Source: an uncultured bacterium
Lineage (GTDB): Bacteria > Muiribacteriota > Ozemobacteria > Ozemobacterales > Ozemobacteraceae
Length of the DNA stretch: 64,000 nt
Reading direction: 5' to 3'
Assembly (NCBI GenBank): GCA_946407375.1
Contig: CAMJNS010000003.1
Span: 15,170-79,169, forward strand
In this document: in pieces, positions 36,807-45,867 of the stretch
Numbering within the stretch: position 1 is the stretch's first letter
How the letters are laid out: the number at the start of each line of letters is the position of its first letter
The notes under the pieces: model-generated
Told to the model about the DNA's origin: nothing
Databases searched by the model: none
The model's input: the letters and a program-made list of their open reading frames with translations, nothing else
Made by a program: the position numbers and the translations under genes

Positions 36807-38849
36807 TTATCTATTAGAACTGTTGTAGTTATTGCTGTTACCTATGGTTGCTGCTATCTGATCGCCTTTAATTAACAATGAATTCCAAAAGTCTGTTGCT
36901 GGGCTATAAGAATTACTGTTAACTTTTTCTGGTTTGGTTGGTGAGTCATCGTTATTATTGCTAGATGTTTCTTTATTGCTTGGTTCTTTATGTTTTTCAG
37001 GTATTTTAGCAATTTCTATTCTAGAATTTTCTGATTTGATTTCTTTATTAATATTAGAGTTATTAGATGATTCTGACTTGGAGTTATCAACTTTCATTTC
37101 TTTTGTTTGAGATTTTTTAGCTGAGCTATCAGAAGTTAATGATATAGGTATATTTACTGGATTTCTATTAATTAGTGCAGAATTAGCTGAAACAGGAGTA
37201 TTTTCTTTAACTGTTCTATTTGTATTGTTCTTTGGTAACATTGCTACTTGTATTGGTTTGTCATCTGTAATGGTTGGTTTGCTAGCTACAACTTCTTTTT
37301 CAGAAGGAACAGGTTGGTTATAGATAGTTTCTTTGTTGAATGCAACAATGTTTCTATCAATCTTATGACCTTGAAGATAAGCATTCAACCAGCATCTAAT
37401 ATCTACTGCAACATGTTGATCTGGCCCCATACTAAGAGGTGTATTGCAGCCATATAATCTTTCTAATTGATTACGTAAACGTTTTTCTAACGCATAAAAT
37501 TTTTGTTTTGTTTGTCCATCATTGGCTGTTGCTAATTCTTGTCCTTTTGCTCCCCAACGGTATTCTATAGAGTGATAGGGGTCGAAAGAAAGATCAAACA
37601 ATCTCTGACAAACATCGTCAAATGTTAATTTCACGCTTCTTCCTGCAGAATTAACATAAGTTATACAAAATTTTGGACTAAGTTCATCATATTTGATTAA
37701 AAAATTATAAGCTAAAGCTCTTGCAGTTTGTTTATCATACTTTTCTGCTGTTAAAACCATTTGTCTTGTCGTATCGTAAAATTCTCTAAATGCTACTTTT
37801 AATCTGGCATCCCTTGATGGGGTTGATAATTCTTCCCATATTCCGTCTGTGCCATAAATATTATAGGGTAGAGAACCTGGGTGAGGTTTTAGATGACAGC
37901 CTTTTTGAATAGCAACATCAACTGCTATAGCTCGATATCTTATATCTTCAAAAATGTCTTGCATCATAAAGACAAATTCTGTCATAGGGTCAGAACGACT
38001 ATTTGCGTTAGCCATAGAAAGACGTATGTATTCGTGATAACCAACACCACTCTTCCCATTGATAGAAAAAGATTTCTGATATTGGTCTGTAGCTGAATAA
38101 TCTTTTAAATTGTGATTTTGAGTTCTGACAGTCTTTCCTTCAGATGTATATCTTATTTGACGCCATTTTTTAAATCCACCACCATTACTTTTGTTCCCTT
38201 TGGAAAATTTGGTTCCAAACCATGGCTTAGATATGCTTTTGTCTGGATGTGCGTCAATAAGTCTTATTCGTCCATTGTCTAAAACTTTAGCAACTAAAGC
38301 TACGTGACCATCAGGGTCATAATAAATAGTACCAGGAGTTAAGTTTTTCTTGTTTATTTTTATTGGATAATGGTCTGAAGTTTCTGATGAAACATCCATT
38401 CTAAAATACCCAGAGTTTATTAGAACTACCTGATTAAATAATTGTTGTGGGGAAGAAAAATAATCTTGGTCTCTAAATTTAAGAGGTTTATTTCCTTTGC
38501 TGTATCTTTCGTCGCCACCTTTCCCGGATATTTCAGAAACATAACTGAAAGGTAATCTAAGTTTATAGGCAACATAAGCTCTAATTAAATAAGGTAAATC
38601 AGCACAATCAGGGCTAAGATTAAATTTTTTATCTTCTTCGCCGTAGAAAGGATTTGCTTTAGGATCTTTTATAAATTTATTCAAATTCCCGTATTTGGAA
38701 TCACAAAGTCGCTCAACAAAATTACTGTAGGCTTTTTCGTCCTGTTCAGTCCAGACGGAACGACTAACTTTCCAAGCTGCAGCATATGTTGTATTGCTAA
38801 CAAACACAACACCAATTATTATGCTTAAAATTTTGAATAATTTTTTCAT
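36807..38849 (-). CDS. Secreted protein of unknown function, with possible Cys/His hydrolase core and S/N/K-rich tail
   Basis: Signal peptide MKKLFKILSIIIGVVFVSNTTYAAA. PDCADLPYLIRAY and DPDGHVALVAKV resemble papain-like (NlpC/P60 or transglutaminase-like) Cys and His motifs. The C-terminal ~170 aa are low complexity. Confidence 0.4.
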   Translation of the reverse strand: MKKLFKILSIIIGVVFVSNTTYAAAWKVSRSVWTEQDEKAYSNFVERLCDSKYGNLNKFIKDPKANPFYGEEDKKFNLSPDCADLPYLIRAYVAYKLRLPFSYVSEISGKGGDERYSKGNKPLKFRDQDYFSSPQQLFNQVVLINSGYFRMDVSSETSDHYPIKINKKNLTPGTIYYDPDGHVALVAKVLDNGRIRLIDAHPDKSISKPWFGTKFSKGNKSNGGGFKKWRQIRYTSEGKTVRTQNHNLKDYSATDQYQKSFSINGKSGVGYHEYIRLSMANANSRSDPMTEFVFMMQDIFEDIRYRAIAVDVAIQKGCHLKPHPGSLPYNIYGTDGIWEELSTPSRDARLKVAFREFYDTTRQMVLTAEKYDKQTARALAYNFLIKYDELSPKFCITYVNSAGRSVKLTFDDVCQRLFDLSFDPYHSIEYRWGAKGQELATANDGQTKQKFYALEKRLRNQLERLYGCNTPLSMGPDQHVAVDIRCWLNAYLQGHKIDRNIVAFNKETIYNQPVPSEKEVVASKPTITDDKPIQVAMLPKNNTNRTVKENTPVSANSALINRNPVNIPISLTSDSSAKKSQTKEMKVDNSKSESSNNSNINKEIKSENSRIEIAKIPEKHKEPSNKETSSNNNDDSPTKPEKVNSNSYSPATDFWNSLLIKGDQIAATIGNSNNYNSSNR

Positions 38850-39124
38850 ACTACGTAAATATGTAAAGAATAATGTTTTTTTCCAGTAGTTTTTTTATTT
38901 GTTTTTATTTTTAGTTAATCTTTGAATCTATCTTTAGCTTATCAACTATTAAGCTACTTAACTTTTTCTCTCTTATCCTTTTTAGTGTTTCATAAAATGT
39001 ACCTGTTTATTAAAGTGGGCAAATATAAATTGTACCGATTTAAGACACAACTATGATATAAAATGTGGTTTGGTTAAAAAGTTAAACAAGTATAAAAATA
39101 AAAAAAATATTTTTAAAAAAGTTG

Positions 39125-39153
39125 TTGACTTTAAGAATGAAATATAATAAAAT
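39125..39153 (+). promoter_or_regulatory. Sigma70-type promoter for the tRNA-tuf operon
   Basis: TTGACT - 17 nt - TAAAAT, about 45 nt upstream of the first tRNA. Confidence 0.55.
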
Positions 39154-39199
39154 CCCCTTACCGTGAAACGCGGTACAGTTTAAAAACTGTTGTCGATTC

Positions 39200-39272
39200 G
39201 CCGAAGTAGCTCAATTGGTAGAGCAGCTGACTTGTAATCAGCAGGTTGCGGGTTCGAGTCCCATCTTCGGCT
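39200..39272 (+). tRNA. tRNA-Thr (anticodon UGU)
   Basis: Acceptor stem GCCGAAG/CTTCGGC, anticodon loop cttgtaa, T-arm ggttcgagtcc. Confidence 0.9.
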
Positions 39273-39279
39273 TTCAATC

Positions 39280-39362
39280 GGAGAGATGCCCGAGTGGCTA
39301 AAGGGGGCAGACTGTAAATCTGTTGGCTGGCGCCTACGATGGTTCGAATCCATCTCTCTCCA
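39280..39362 (+). tRNA. tRNA-Tyr (anticodon GUA), long variable arm
   Basis: Acceptor stem GGAGAGA/TCTCTCC, anticodon loop ctgtaaa, T-arm ggttcgaatcc. Confidence 0.9.
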
Positions 39363-39369
39363 ATCGATT

Positions 39370-39442
39370 GCTCGTGTAGCTCAGTCGGCAGAGCACTAGC
39401 ATGGTAAGCTAGAGGTCACCAGTTCAATCCTGGTCGCGAGCT
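39370..39442 (+). tRNA. tRNA-Thr (anticodon GGU)
   Basis: Acceptor stem GCTCGTG/CGCGAGC with one G-U pair, D-arm tagctcagtcggcagagc, anticodon loop atggtaa. Confidence 0.85.
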
Positions 39443-39500
39443 TTTATTTGTAATTGGGCGATTTTAAAATAAAACCCCAAAAATTTCAGGAGGAAGCCAA

Positions 39501-40694
39501 ATGGCAAAGGAAACCTATCAAAGAACAAAACCGCACGTTAACGTTGGTACTATCGGTCACATCGACCACGGCAAGACCACTTTAACTGCTGCTATCACAA
39601 TGACATGTGCTAACCTGAATGGTAATGGCAATGTAATGAACTATGCTGATATCGACTCAGCTCCTGAAGAAAAAGCTCGTGGTATCACCATTAATACTTG
39701 TCACGTTGAATATGAAACAGCAACTCGTCACTATGCTCACGTTGACTGCCCAGGTCACGCTGACTATATTAAGAATATGATCACTGGTGCTGCTCAGATG
39801 GACGGTGCAATTCTTGTTGTTGCCGCTACTGATGGTCCAATGCCCCAGACTCGTGAACACATCCTCTTGGCTCGCCAGGTTGGCGTTCCTAGAATCATTG
39901 TTTTCATGAACAAGACTGACCTTGTTGATGACGCAGAACTTCTTGACCTTGTTGAAATGGAAGTTCGTGAACTTCTCAGCAAATATGAATTCCCAGGCGA
40001 TGATATTCCTGTAATTCGTGGTTCAGCTGAAAAGGCTCGTCTTGCAGAAGGTAAAGGTCCTGATGCAGAACCAATCAAAGAACTTTTGAATGCTCTTGAT
40101 ACCTACATTCCAGAACCAGAACGCGCTATCGATAAGCCATTCTTACTCCCAATCGAAGACGTATTCACAATCACTGGTCGTGGTACTGTTGTTACTGGCC
40201 GTGTTGAACGTGGTATCGTAAAAGTTGGCGATAAGGTTGAAATCGTTGGTATTAAAGAAACTCGTGAAACTACCGTTACTGGCGTTGAAATGTTCAGAAA
40301 ACTTCTTGATCAGGGTCAGGCTGGTGACAATATCGGCGTTCTTCTCAGAGGCGTTGAAAAGAAAGACGTTGAACGCGGTATGGTTCTTGCTAAACCAGGT
40401 AGCATTCATCCTCACAAGAAATTCATGGCTGAAGTTTACATTCTTACTAAAGAAGAAGGTGGACGCCATACTAGATTCTTGTCTGGTTACAGACCACAGT
40501 TCTACTTCAGAACTACAGACGTTACTGGCGTTGTAACTCTTGGCGAAGGTCAAGAACTTGTAATGCCTGGTGACCATGCTAAGTTCCAGTGCGAACTTAT
40601 TACACCAATCGCTTGTGAAACTGGTTTACGCTTCGCTATTCGTGAAGGCGGCCACACAGTAGGTGCTGGTGTAGTTACTCAGGTTATTGAATAA
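39501..40694 (+). CDS. tuf: Elongation factor Tu
   Basis: [17 protein letters not shown] and NKTD GTPase motifs. 397 aa full-length EF-Tu. Confidence 0.99.
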   Translation: MAKETYQRTKPHVNVGTIGHIDHGKTTLTAAITMTCANLNGNGNVMNYADIDSAPEEKARGITINTCHVEYETATRHYAHVDCPGHADYIKNMITGAAQMDGAILVVAATDGPMPQTREHILLARQVGVPRIIVFMNKTDLVDDAELLDLVEMEVRELLSKYEFPGDDIPVIRGSAEKARLAEGKGPDAEPIKELLNALDTYIPEPERAIDKPFLLPIEDVFTITGRGTVVTGRVERGIVKVGDKVEIVGIKETRETTVTGVEMFRKLLDQGQAGDNIGVLLRGVEKKDVERGMVLAKPGSIHPHKKFMAEVYILTKEEGGRHTRFLSGYRPQFYFRTTDVTGVVTLGEGQELVMPGDHAKFQCELITPIACETGLRFAIREGGHTVGAGVVTQVIE

Positions 40695-40712
40695 TCTGAA
40701 ATTGTTGTAAGT

Positions 40713-40773
40713 AAAGGTGGGGCGAACCCCGTCCCACCTTTTTGTGTTTAAAGCCGACAACGTCGGCTTTTTT
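40713..40773 (+). terminator. Two tandem hairpin terminators after tuf
   Basis: aaaggtgggg..ccccgtcccaccttttt, then agccgac-aac-gtcggct followed by tttttt. Confidence 0.65.
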
Positions 40774-40788
40774 AAGCGAGGTAATGTT

Positions 40789-40938
40789 ATGCGTGAAAAA
40801 ATTACATTGGTTTGCAGCAGTTGCAAGCGCAAAAACTACATGTCAATGAAGAACAAGCGTAACAATCCCGATCGTATTGAACTAATGAAATATTGTTCAG
40901 CCGAACGCAAGCACACCCTTCACAAAGAAGGTAAGTAA
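40789..40938 (+). CDS. rpmG: 50S ribosomal protein L33
   Basis: [49 protein letters not shown], 49 aa, with a GAGG RBS. The longer ORF in the track runs through the terminators. Confidence 0.9.
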   Translation: MREKITLVCSSCKRKNYMSMKNKRNNPDRIELMKYCSAERKHTLHKEGK

Positions 40939-40965
40939 TTGTAGGGACTGTTAGCAATTAGGTTT

Positions 40966-41038
40966 AGGCCAATAGCTCAATTGGCAGAGCACCGGTCTCC
41001 AAAACCGGGGGTTGGGGGTTCGACTCCCTCTTGGCCTG
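40966..41038 (+). tRNA. tRNA-Trp (anticodon CCA)
   Basis: Acceptor stem AGGCCAA/TTGGCCT, anticodon loop ctccaaa, T-arm ggttcgactcc. Confidence 0.9.
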
Positions 41039-41069
41039 ATTGAAATACCCCAATCGAAAAGAGGGTTAA

Positions 41070-41348
41070 ATGAGTAATAATAAATCGGAAAAAGAATTAG
41101 AAAATTCTGAAAAAAGTTCTGGATTGGCAATTTGGTGGAAAGAAACCTTACAATTCTTGCGTGAAGTATGGATTGAAGTTAGACCTAAAAATGGTCGTGT
41201 CACCTGGCCGACTTTTGCAAGTGTAAGAGTATCAACAAGAATTGTTATTATCTCTTCAATTGGTTTAGGTTTATTTATTGGTCTTTGCGATGCTTTATTT
41301 GCATATGCATATTCTGCAATCGTAAATAGTTCTGGTGGAATTGGATAA
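41070..41348 (+). CDS. secE: Preprotein translocase subunit SecE
   Basis: LREVWIEVRPKNGRVTWPT followed by a single C-terminal TM segment. Conserved position before nusG. Confidence 0.85.
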   Translation: MSNNKSEKELENSEKSSGLAIWWKETLQFLREVWIEVRPKNGRVTWPTFASVRVSTRIVIISSIGLGLFIGLCDALFAYAYSAIVNSSGGIG

Positions 41349-41357
41349 GGTTTAATT

Positions 41358-41903
41358 GTGGATATTTTAAAAGCAAAATGGTATGTAATCCATACAAATT
41401 CAGGTTCAGAATATAAAGTTAAAAAGAATCTTGAAAATCGTGTTGAACTCTTAGGAAAAAAAGAAAGCATTCTTCAGGTATTAGTTCCAGAAGAAAGCTC
41501 TGAAAGAGTTCAAGATGGTGAAAGAACTTCTAAGTCTCGTAAAGTATATCCTGGTTATGTTCTTGTTCAAATGGACATGGACGATGAAACTTGGACTGTA
41601 GTGAAGAATACACCTGGTGTAACTGGTTTTGTTGGATTAGGAAATAAGCCAACACCATTACACGATAAAGAAGTTCAGAATATACTTAGAGCCGCTGGTA
41701 TAGGTCCACAACGTTCTGCCGCTATGACACCTATTGGATTCACAGAAGGTCAGAATGTAAAGATTATCGGTGGTCCATTCTCTGATTTTGTAGGCGTTAT
41801 TAAAGAAATTAATCAAGAAAAGCGCAAGGCCAAAGTGCTTGTCTATATATTCGGTCGTGATACCGCAATAGAAGTTGATTTAATTCAACTAGAAGAAGCT
41901 TGA
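41358..41903 (+). CDS. nusG: Transcription termination/antitermination factor NusG
   Basis: KWYVIHTNSGSEYKVKKNLE (NGN domain) and a C-terminal KOW motif (GQNVKIIGGPFSDFVGVIKEI). GTG start. Confidence 0.95.
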   Translation: MDILKAKWYVIHTNSGSEYKVKKNLENRVELLGKKESILQVLVPEESSERVQDGERTSKSRKVYPGYVLVQMDMDDETWTVVKNTPGVTGFVGLGNKPTPLHDKEVQNILRAAGIGPQRSAAMTPIGFTEGQNVKIIGGPFSDFVGVIKEINQEKRKAKVLVYIFGRDTAIEVDLIQLEEA

Positions 41904-41949
41904 TTATAAACTTGAAGACATCGTTCTTAGTTAAGGAGTTTTAAATATT

Positions 41950-42375
41950 ATGGCCAAGAAATTAGTTGCTGTTGTTAAGTTACAGATTCCTGCCGGTAAA
42001 GCAAATCCGGCTCCTCCAGTTGGTCCAGCTCTTGGTCAGCATGGTGTTAACATCATGGACTTTTGTAAGAACTTTAACTATAAGACGGCTAAAGAAGGCG
42101 ATGCAATAATCCCGGTTGAAATTTCTGTTTATGCAGACAGATCTTACACCTTCATCACCAAGACTCCGCCTGTAGCGTTCTTACTCAAAAAAGCAGCTGG
42201 TATTGCAAAAGGCAACCAGACACCTGGTCGCAGTAAAGTTGGTAAAGTCACTATGGCTCAGATTAAAGAAATCGCTGAAAAGAAGATGCCAGATCTTACC
42301 GCAGCTTCTCTTGAAGCAGCTATGAATGTAGTTAAAGGAACTGCTCGTAGCATGGGTATGGAAGTTGTTGACTAA
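41950..42375 (+). CDS. rplK: 50S ribosomal protein L11
   Basis: [34 protein letters not shown]. Confidence 0.98.
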   Translation: MAKKLVAVVKLQIPAGKANPAPPVGPALGQHGVNIMDFCKNFNYKTAKEGDAIIPVEISVYADRSYTFITKTPPVAFLLKKAAGIAKGNQTPGRSKVGKVTMAQIKEIAEKKMPDLTAASLEAAMNVVKGTARSMGMEVVD

Positions 42376-42428
42376 CAACTAACTTTATGGTAAAGTAACG
42401 AATCCTCAAAGAAAGGAGGAAGAAAATT

Positions 42429-43136
42429 ATGCCGAAACACTCTAGAAGATTTAACGAAACAAAGAAAGATTTAGTTCATCTTAAACAATATGGTTTGGAT
42501 GAAGCTTTTGAAAGAGTTAAAAAGACTGCCACTGCTAAATTCGACGAATCTGTCGATGTAGCCGTTCGCACTGGTCTTGATCCAAAATATGCAGATCAGC
42601 AGTTGCGTGGTAGCTGTGTATTGCCTCATGGCACTGGTAAAACTACTCGTGTAGTTGTATTTGCTGCTGGTCCAAAAGCACAGGAAGCACAGGCAGCTGG
42701 AGCAGACTTCGTTGGTGCTGAAGATTTAGTCGCCAAAATCGAAGGAGGCTGGACAGATTTTGATGCCGCTGTTGCAACACCCGACATGATGAGATTTGTT
42801 GGTAAGTTAGGTAGAATACTTGGTCCACGTAACTTAATGCCAAATCCAAAAGTTGGAACTGTTACAATGGATGTTGCTAAAGTAATCACTGAATTAAAAG
42901 CTGGTAAACTCCAGTATCGTGTTGAAAAAGCAGGTATCATTCATACGTCAATAGGAAAAGCTTCTTTTGAAGCTAAAAAGCTAAAAGAAAATTTCCTAGC
43001 CTTCTTTCAAGCAATTAATAAAGCTAAACCATCAGGAGCTAAAGGTACTTACATCAAAGGTGTAACCCTTAGTTCAACAATGGGTCCTGGTTACGATCTA
43101 GATTTAAGTGAAGCAAAGACCGAATCAGATAAATGA
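42429..43136 (+). CDS. rplA: 50S ribosomal protein L1
   Basis: [34 protein letters not shown]. Confidence 0.98.
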   Translation: MPKHSRRFNETKKDLVHLKQYGLDEAFERVKKTATAKFDESVDVAVRTGLDPKYADQQLRGSCVLPHGTGKTTRVVVFAAGPKAQEAQAAGADFVGAEDLVAKIEGGWTDFDAAVATPDMMRFVGKLGRILGPRNLMPNPKVGTVTMDVAKVITELKAGKLQYRVEKAGIIHTSIGKASFEAKKLKENFLAFFQAINKAKPSGAKGTYIKGVTLSSTMGPGYDLDLSEAKTESDK

Positions 43137-43301
43137 TTTCGTCTTTGAAATTACTGGTCTAAGACCGCAGGTCTTAAGTAATTGGTTCTTATAGAACCTC
43201 CCTGCCGAGACTAGAAAATGTTAGATAGATAATATCAAACCGTTTTCGGTCTCGTGCTGAAAACGGTTTTTTTATTCCTCAACAAAGGAGGAGGTGAAGA
43301 C
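43137..43301 (+). promoter_or_regulatory. rplJ (L10) leader region with attenuator-like hairpin
   Basis: Structured leader: aattact..taagacc-gca-ggtcttaagtaatt, then aaaccgttttc/gaaaacggttt followed by ttttt at 43237-43274, immediately before the rplJ RBS AAAGGAGGAGG. Confidence 0.5.
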
Positions 43302-43823
43302 ATGAAAGATTTATCCAAAAAAGAAGCTTATGTAAAAGCATTTCAGGAAAAGATTGCTAAAGCTCAAGTTGTTGTTTTAGCTAACTGCGAAGGCGTTCAA
43401 GTTTCTGATATGACAGCTCTCAGAAAATCAGTTCGTGAAACTGGTTCTGAAATCCGCGTTGTAAAGAATACTCTCCTCTGCCGTGCTTTCCATGATACAC
43501 CTATGGCTGAATTGGAAAAGTCAGTTAAAGGTAACACTGCTGTTACTTTTGGTTATGATGATCCAATAGCCCCAGTTAAAGCTTTGTTTGCATTTGCTGA
43601 TAAGGCTAAGAAGTTTACTTTCAAGGCTGGTTTTATGGATGGTGAAATTCTTGATGTTGCAAAACTCACTGCATTATCCAAAGTACCAGGCAAGAAAGAA
43701 TTGTATACAATGCTTGCTTCTGCAGTTCAAGGTCCAATCCGCAAGTTCGCATGTGTTATCGATGCTCTTCGCAAGAAGAGAGAAGAAGCTGCTGCTCCTG
43801 CCGATGCACCCGCTGCAGCATAA
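43302..43823 (+). CDS. rplJ: 50S ribosomal protein L10
   Basis: ATG at 43302 is preceded by GGAGGAGG. LRKSVRETGSEIRVVKNTL is the L10 signature. Confidence 0.95.
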   Translation: MKDLSKKEAYVKAFQEKIAKAQVVVLANCEGVQVSDMTALRKSVRETGSEIRVVKNTLLCRAFHDTPMAELEKSVKGNTAVTFGYDDPIAPVKALFAFADKAKKFTFKAGFMDGEILDVAKLTALSKVPGKKELYTMLASAVQGPIRKFACVIDALRKKREEAAAPADAPAAA

Positions 43824-43866
43824 TTTATTATTTTTACAACTAACTTAATTTTAAGGAGTTTTTACA

Positions 43867-44229
43867 ATGAATAAAGACCAGATTCTTGAAGCCATCGAAA
43901 AGATGACCGTTCTTGAACTTTCTGATTTAGTTAAAGCTATTGAAGAAAAATTTGATGTTACTGCTAATGCACCAGTTATGGTTGCTGCTGCTGGTCCCGC
44001 TGCTGCCGCTGCTGAAAAAGACGAATTTGACGTAGTTCTTGAAAGCAATGGTACTAACAAGATCAATGTTATTAAGGCTGTTCGTGAATTGACTGGCCTT
44101 GGTCTCAAAGAAGCTAAAGATTTAGTTGACAGCGTTCCAAAGACTGTAAAAGAAGGTCTAACTAAAGCTGATGCTGAAGCTATGAAGAAGAAACTTGAAG
44201 ATGCCGGTGCTAAGGTAACTTTAAAGTAA
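43867..44229 (+). CDS. rplL: 50S ribosomal protein L7/L12
   Basis: Ala-rich hinge followed by [19 protein letters not shown]. Confidence 0.98.
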   Translation: MNKDQILEAIEKMTVLELSDLVKAIEEKFDVTANAPVMVAAAGPAAAAAEKDEFDVVLESNGTNKINVIKAVRELTGLGLKEAKDLVDSVPKTVKEGLTKADAEAMKKKLEDAGAKVTLK

Positions 44230-44240
44230 TTCTAAGTAAT

Positions 44241-44272
44241 AAAAAACCTCGTAATTATTTACGAGGTTTTTT
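44241..44272 (+). terminator. Intrinsic terminator after rplL
   Basis: cctcgta-attatt-tacgagg flanked by an A-run and a T-run. Confidence 0.8.
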
Positions 44273-44314
44273 ATTTTTAGTTGTTTGCAGGTTTAATACG
44301 TCATTGCGAGAGGG

Positions 44315-44484
44315 TGTGCGAAAACTAGATTTTCAAGTTCTAATTAGATTATGCTTATTGTCTTCACATTTGTCATAATAAGTATAGCGTATGGGCTTTA
44401 GCCCTGAAAGCTATACGGTTATGACAATGTGAGACAACATAGAATGAAATACTATTTTTTTAGAGAATTTCGAGTTTTCGCAAA
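44315..44484 (+). repeat. ~170-bp imperfect-palindromic element, copy 2
   Basis: Aligns along its whole length with 33373-33545 and has the same terminal tgtgcgaaaac ... gttttcgcaaa. Confidence 0.8.
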
Positions 44485-44530
44485 GCCTCTGCGAGGTTCT
44501 GAAAGAGCCGTGGCAATCCAGACATTTTTT

Positions 44531-45172
44531 TTATTTATTCATCATACTATCACAAAAATTTGAAATGATACATTCTTCGCATTTTGGTCGTCTGGCGATA
44601 CAGGTTTCTCTTCCATGTAAAATTAGCCAGTGTGAAAAATTAATCCAATGTTTTTCTTCAACTATTTTCATTAAGTCTTTTTCTATTTTTTCAGGGTCAG
44701 ATTCTTTTGAAAGACCTATTTTCTGTGATAGTCTAGATACATGAGTATCTACTACAATCCCTTCTGCTTTTCCAAAAGCTGTTCCCAATAACACGCTACC
44801 TGTTTTTCTTCCTACTCCAGGTAATTTTGTGAGTTCTTCTAAGGTTTGTGGTATAACACCTTTATATAGTTTTATTAGTTCTGTAGCACATCCAATAATA
44901 TTTTTAGCTTTGTTGTGATAAAAACCTGCAGAGTGGATTGCTTCTTCCAATTCTTTTATATTAGCTTTTGCAAAAGATTCTACCGTTGGATATTTTTTAA
45001 ATAGTGCAGGAGTAATCATGTTGACTCTTTTGTCTGTACATTGTGCGGAAAGAATTGTTGCTACAAGCAGTTCCCATGGACTCATATGATTTAAAGCACA
45101 TTGAGGTGATGGATATTTTTTACTAAGTAAATTTATAATTTTTTTAACTTTGTTTTTCAGGTTTGTTGTCAT
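44531..45172 (-). CDS. nth: Endonuclease III (DNA glycosylase/AP lyase)
   Basis: HhH-GPD motif LTKLPGVGRKTGSVLL, catalytic region, and a C-terminal 4Fe-4S cluster CIARRPKCEECIISNFC. Confidence 0.95.
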   Translation of the reverse strand: MTTNLKNKVKKIINLLSKKYPSPQCALNHMSPWELLVATILSAQCTDKRVNMITPALFKKYPTVESFAKANIKELEEAIHSAGFYHNKAKNIIGCATELIKLYKGVIPQTLEELTKLPGVGRKTGSVLLGTAFGKAEGIVVDTHVSRLSQKIGLSKESDPEKIEKDLMKIVEEKHWINFSHWLILHGRETCIARRPKCEECIISNFCDSMMNK

Positions 45173-45743
45173 TTTCTTTTTTCTCTATTTTTAGTTCTTT
45201 TTCTATTTCGTTCATTTTATCTTTTATTGCTTCTTTTAATTTTTTTTCATCTGGAACGGATAAGTTATTAAAAACAAAGAAACTGCAACTACAAAGGAAG
45301 AACAAGGAAATTACTAGAGAAGCGGTTTCTTTTAAATCGTTAAGATTCATTGTACTAGCAATAAGCCATATTGCAATGTATAAAAATGTACAGATAAAAA
45401 AATCTGCCATAATAGAAATAATAATTCTTACAATATGAGTACCTTGAAATTTTGACTCATCAAAATTCATTCTTCGTTGTAAGACAGCGTTAATTTTTTT
45501 ATTTGGGTATCTGCCATACTGCATTCTAATCATTACATTTCTTAGAAGATTCATATTTTTTAGTGTTTCATAATCTTCTTCAAGAGTTGGTTCCGGTTCT
45601 TCTTTTTCTACACTTTCTTCTTTTTTTAAAGATTCAGAATCGACAGAAGTTGAAGTTGCTGTGGCAGTTGACTTTGTACTGTTATTATTATCTTTTAAAT
45701 TATTATTTTCTTGTTGATTTGATGTGTTATTTGTGTCTGGCAT
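45144..45743 (-). CDS. Hypothetical membrane protein (N/S/T/E-rich N-terminus, two TM segments)
   Basis: ORF overlaps nth by 29 bp. Hydrophobic segments IIISIMADFFICTFLYIAIWLI and LVISLFFLCSCSFFVF. No recognisable motif. Confidence 0.45.
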   Translation of the reverse strand: MPDTNNTSNQQENNNLKDNNNSTKSTATATSTSVDSESLKKEESVEKEEPEPTLEEDYETLKNMNLLRNVMIRMQYGRYPNKKINAVLQRRMNFDESKFQGTHIVRIIISIMADFFICTFLYIAIWLIASTMNLNDLKETASLVISLFFLCSCSFFVFNNLSVPDEKKLKEAIKDKMNEIEKELKIEKKENDNKPEKQS

Positions 45744-45867
45744 AATAATATTATTTTATCATGGTAATAATTTAACTTGCAATCTAACTAGTTTATTATA
45801 ATTTACTTGCATTATTTACTTGTTTTGATTATCTTTTTATAAAGGAATAGTAGGTGGAGTAACAAAT

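Noticed and set aside
39657-40577. Antisense and alternative-frame ORFs inside tuf (67, 94, 144 and 103 aa)
   Set aside because: They are fully embedded in an unambiguous EF-Tu gene, with no RBS and no recognisable motifs.
40717-40788. N-terminal 24-aa extension of the rpmG ORF in the track
   Set aside because: The extension runs through the two tuf terminator hairpins. The ATG at 40789 has a GAGG RBS and gives a normal 49-aa L33.
43254-43301. N-terminal extension of rplJ (MLKTVFLFLNKGGGED)
   Set aside because: It reads through the leader's terminator T-run and the Shine-Dalgarno sequence. The ATG at 43302 follows GGAGGAGG at proper spacing.
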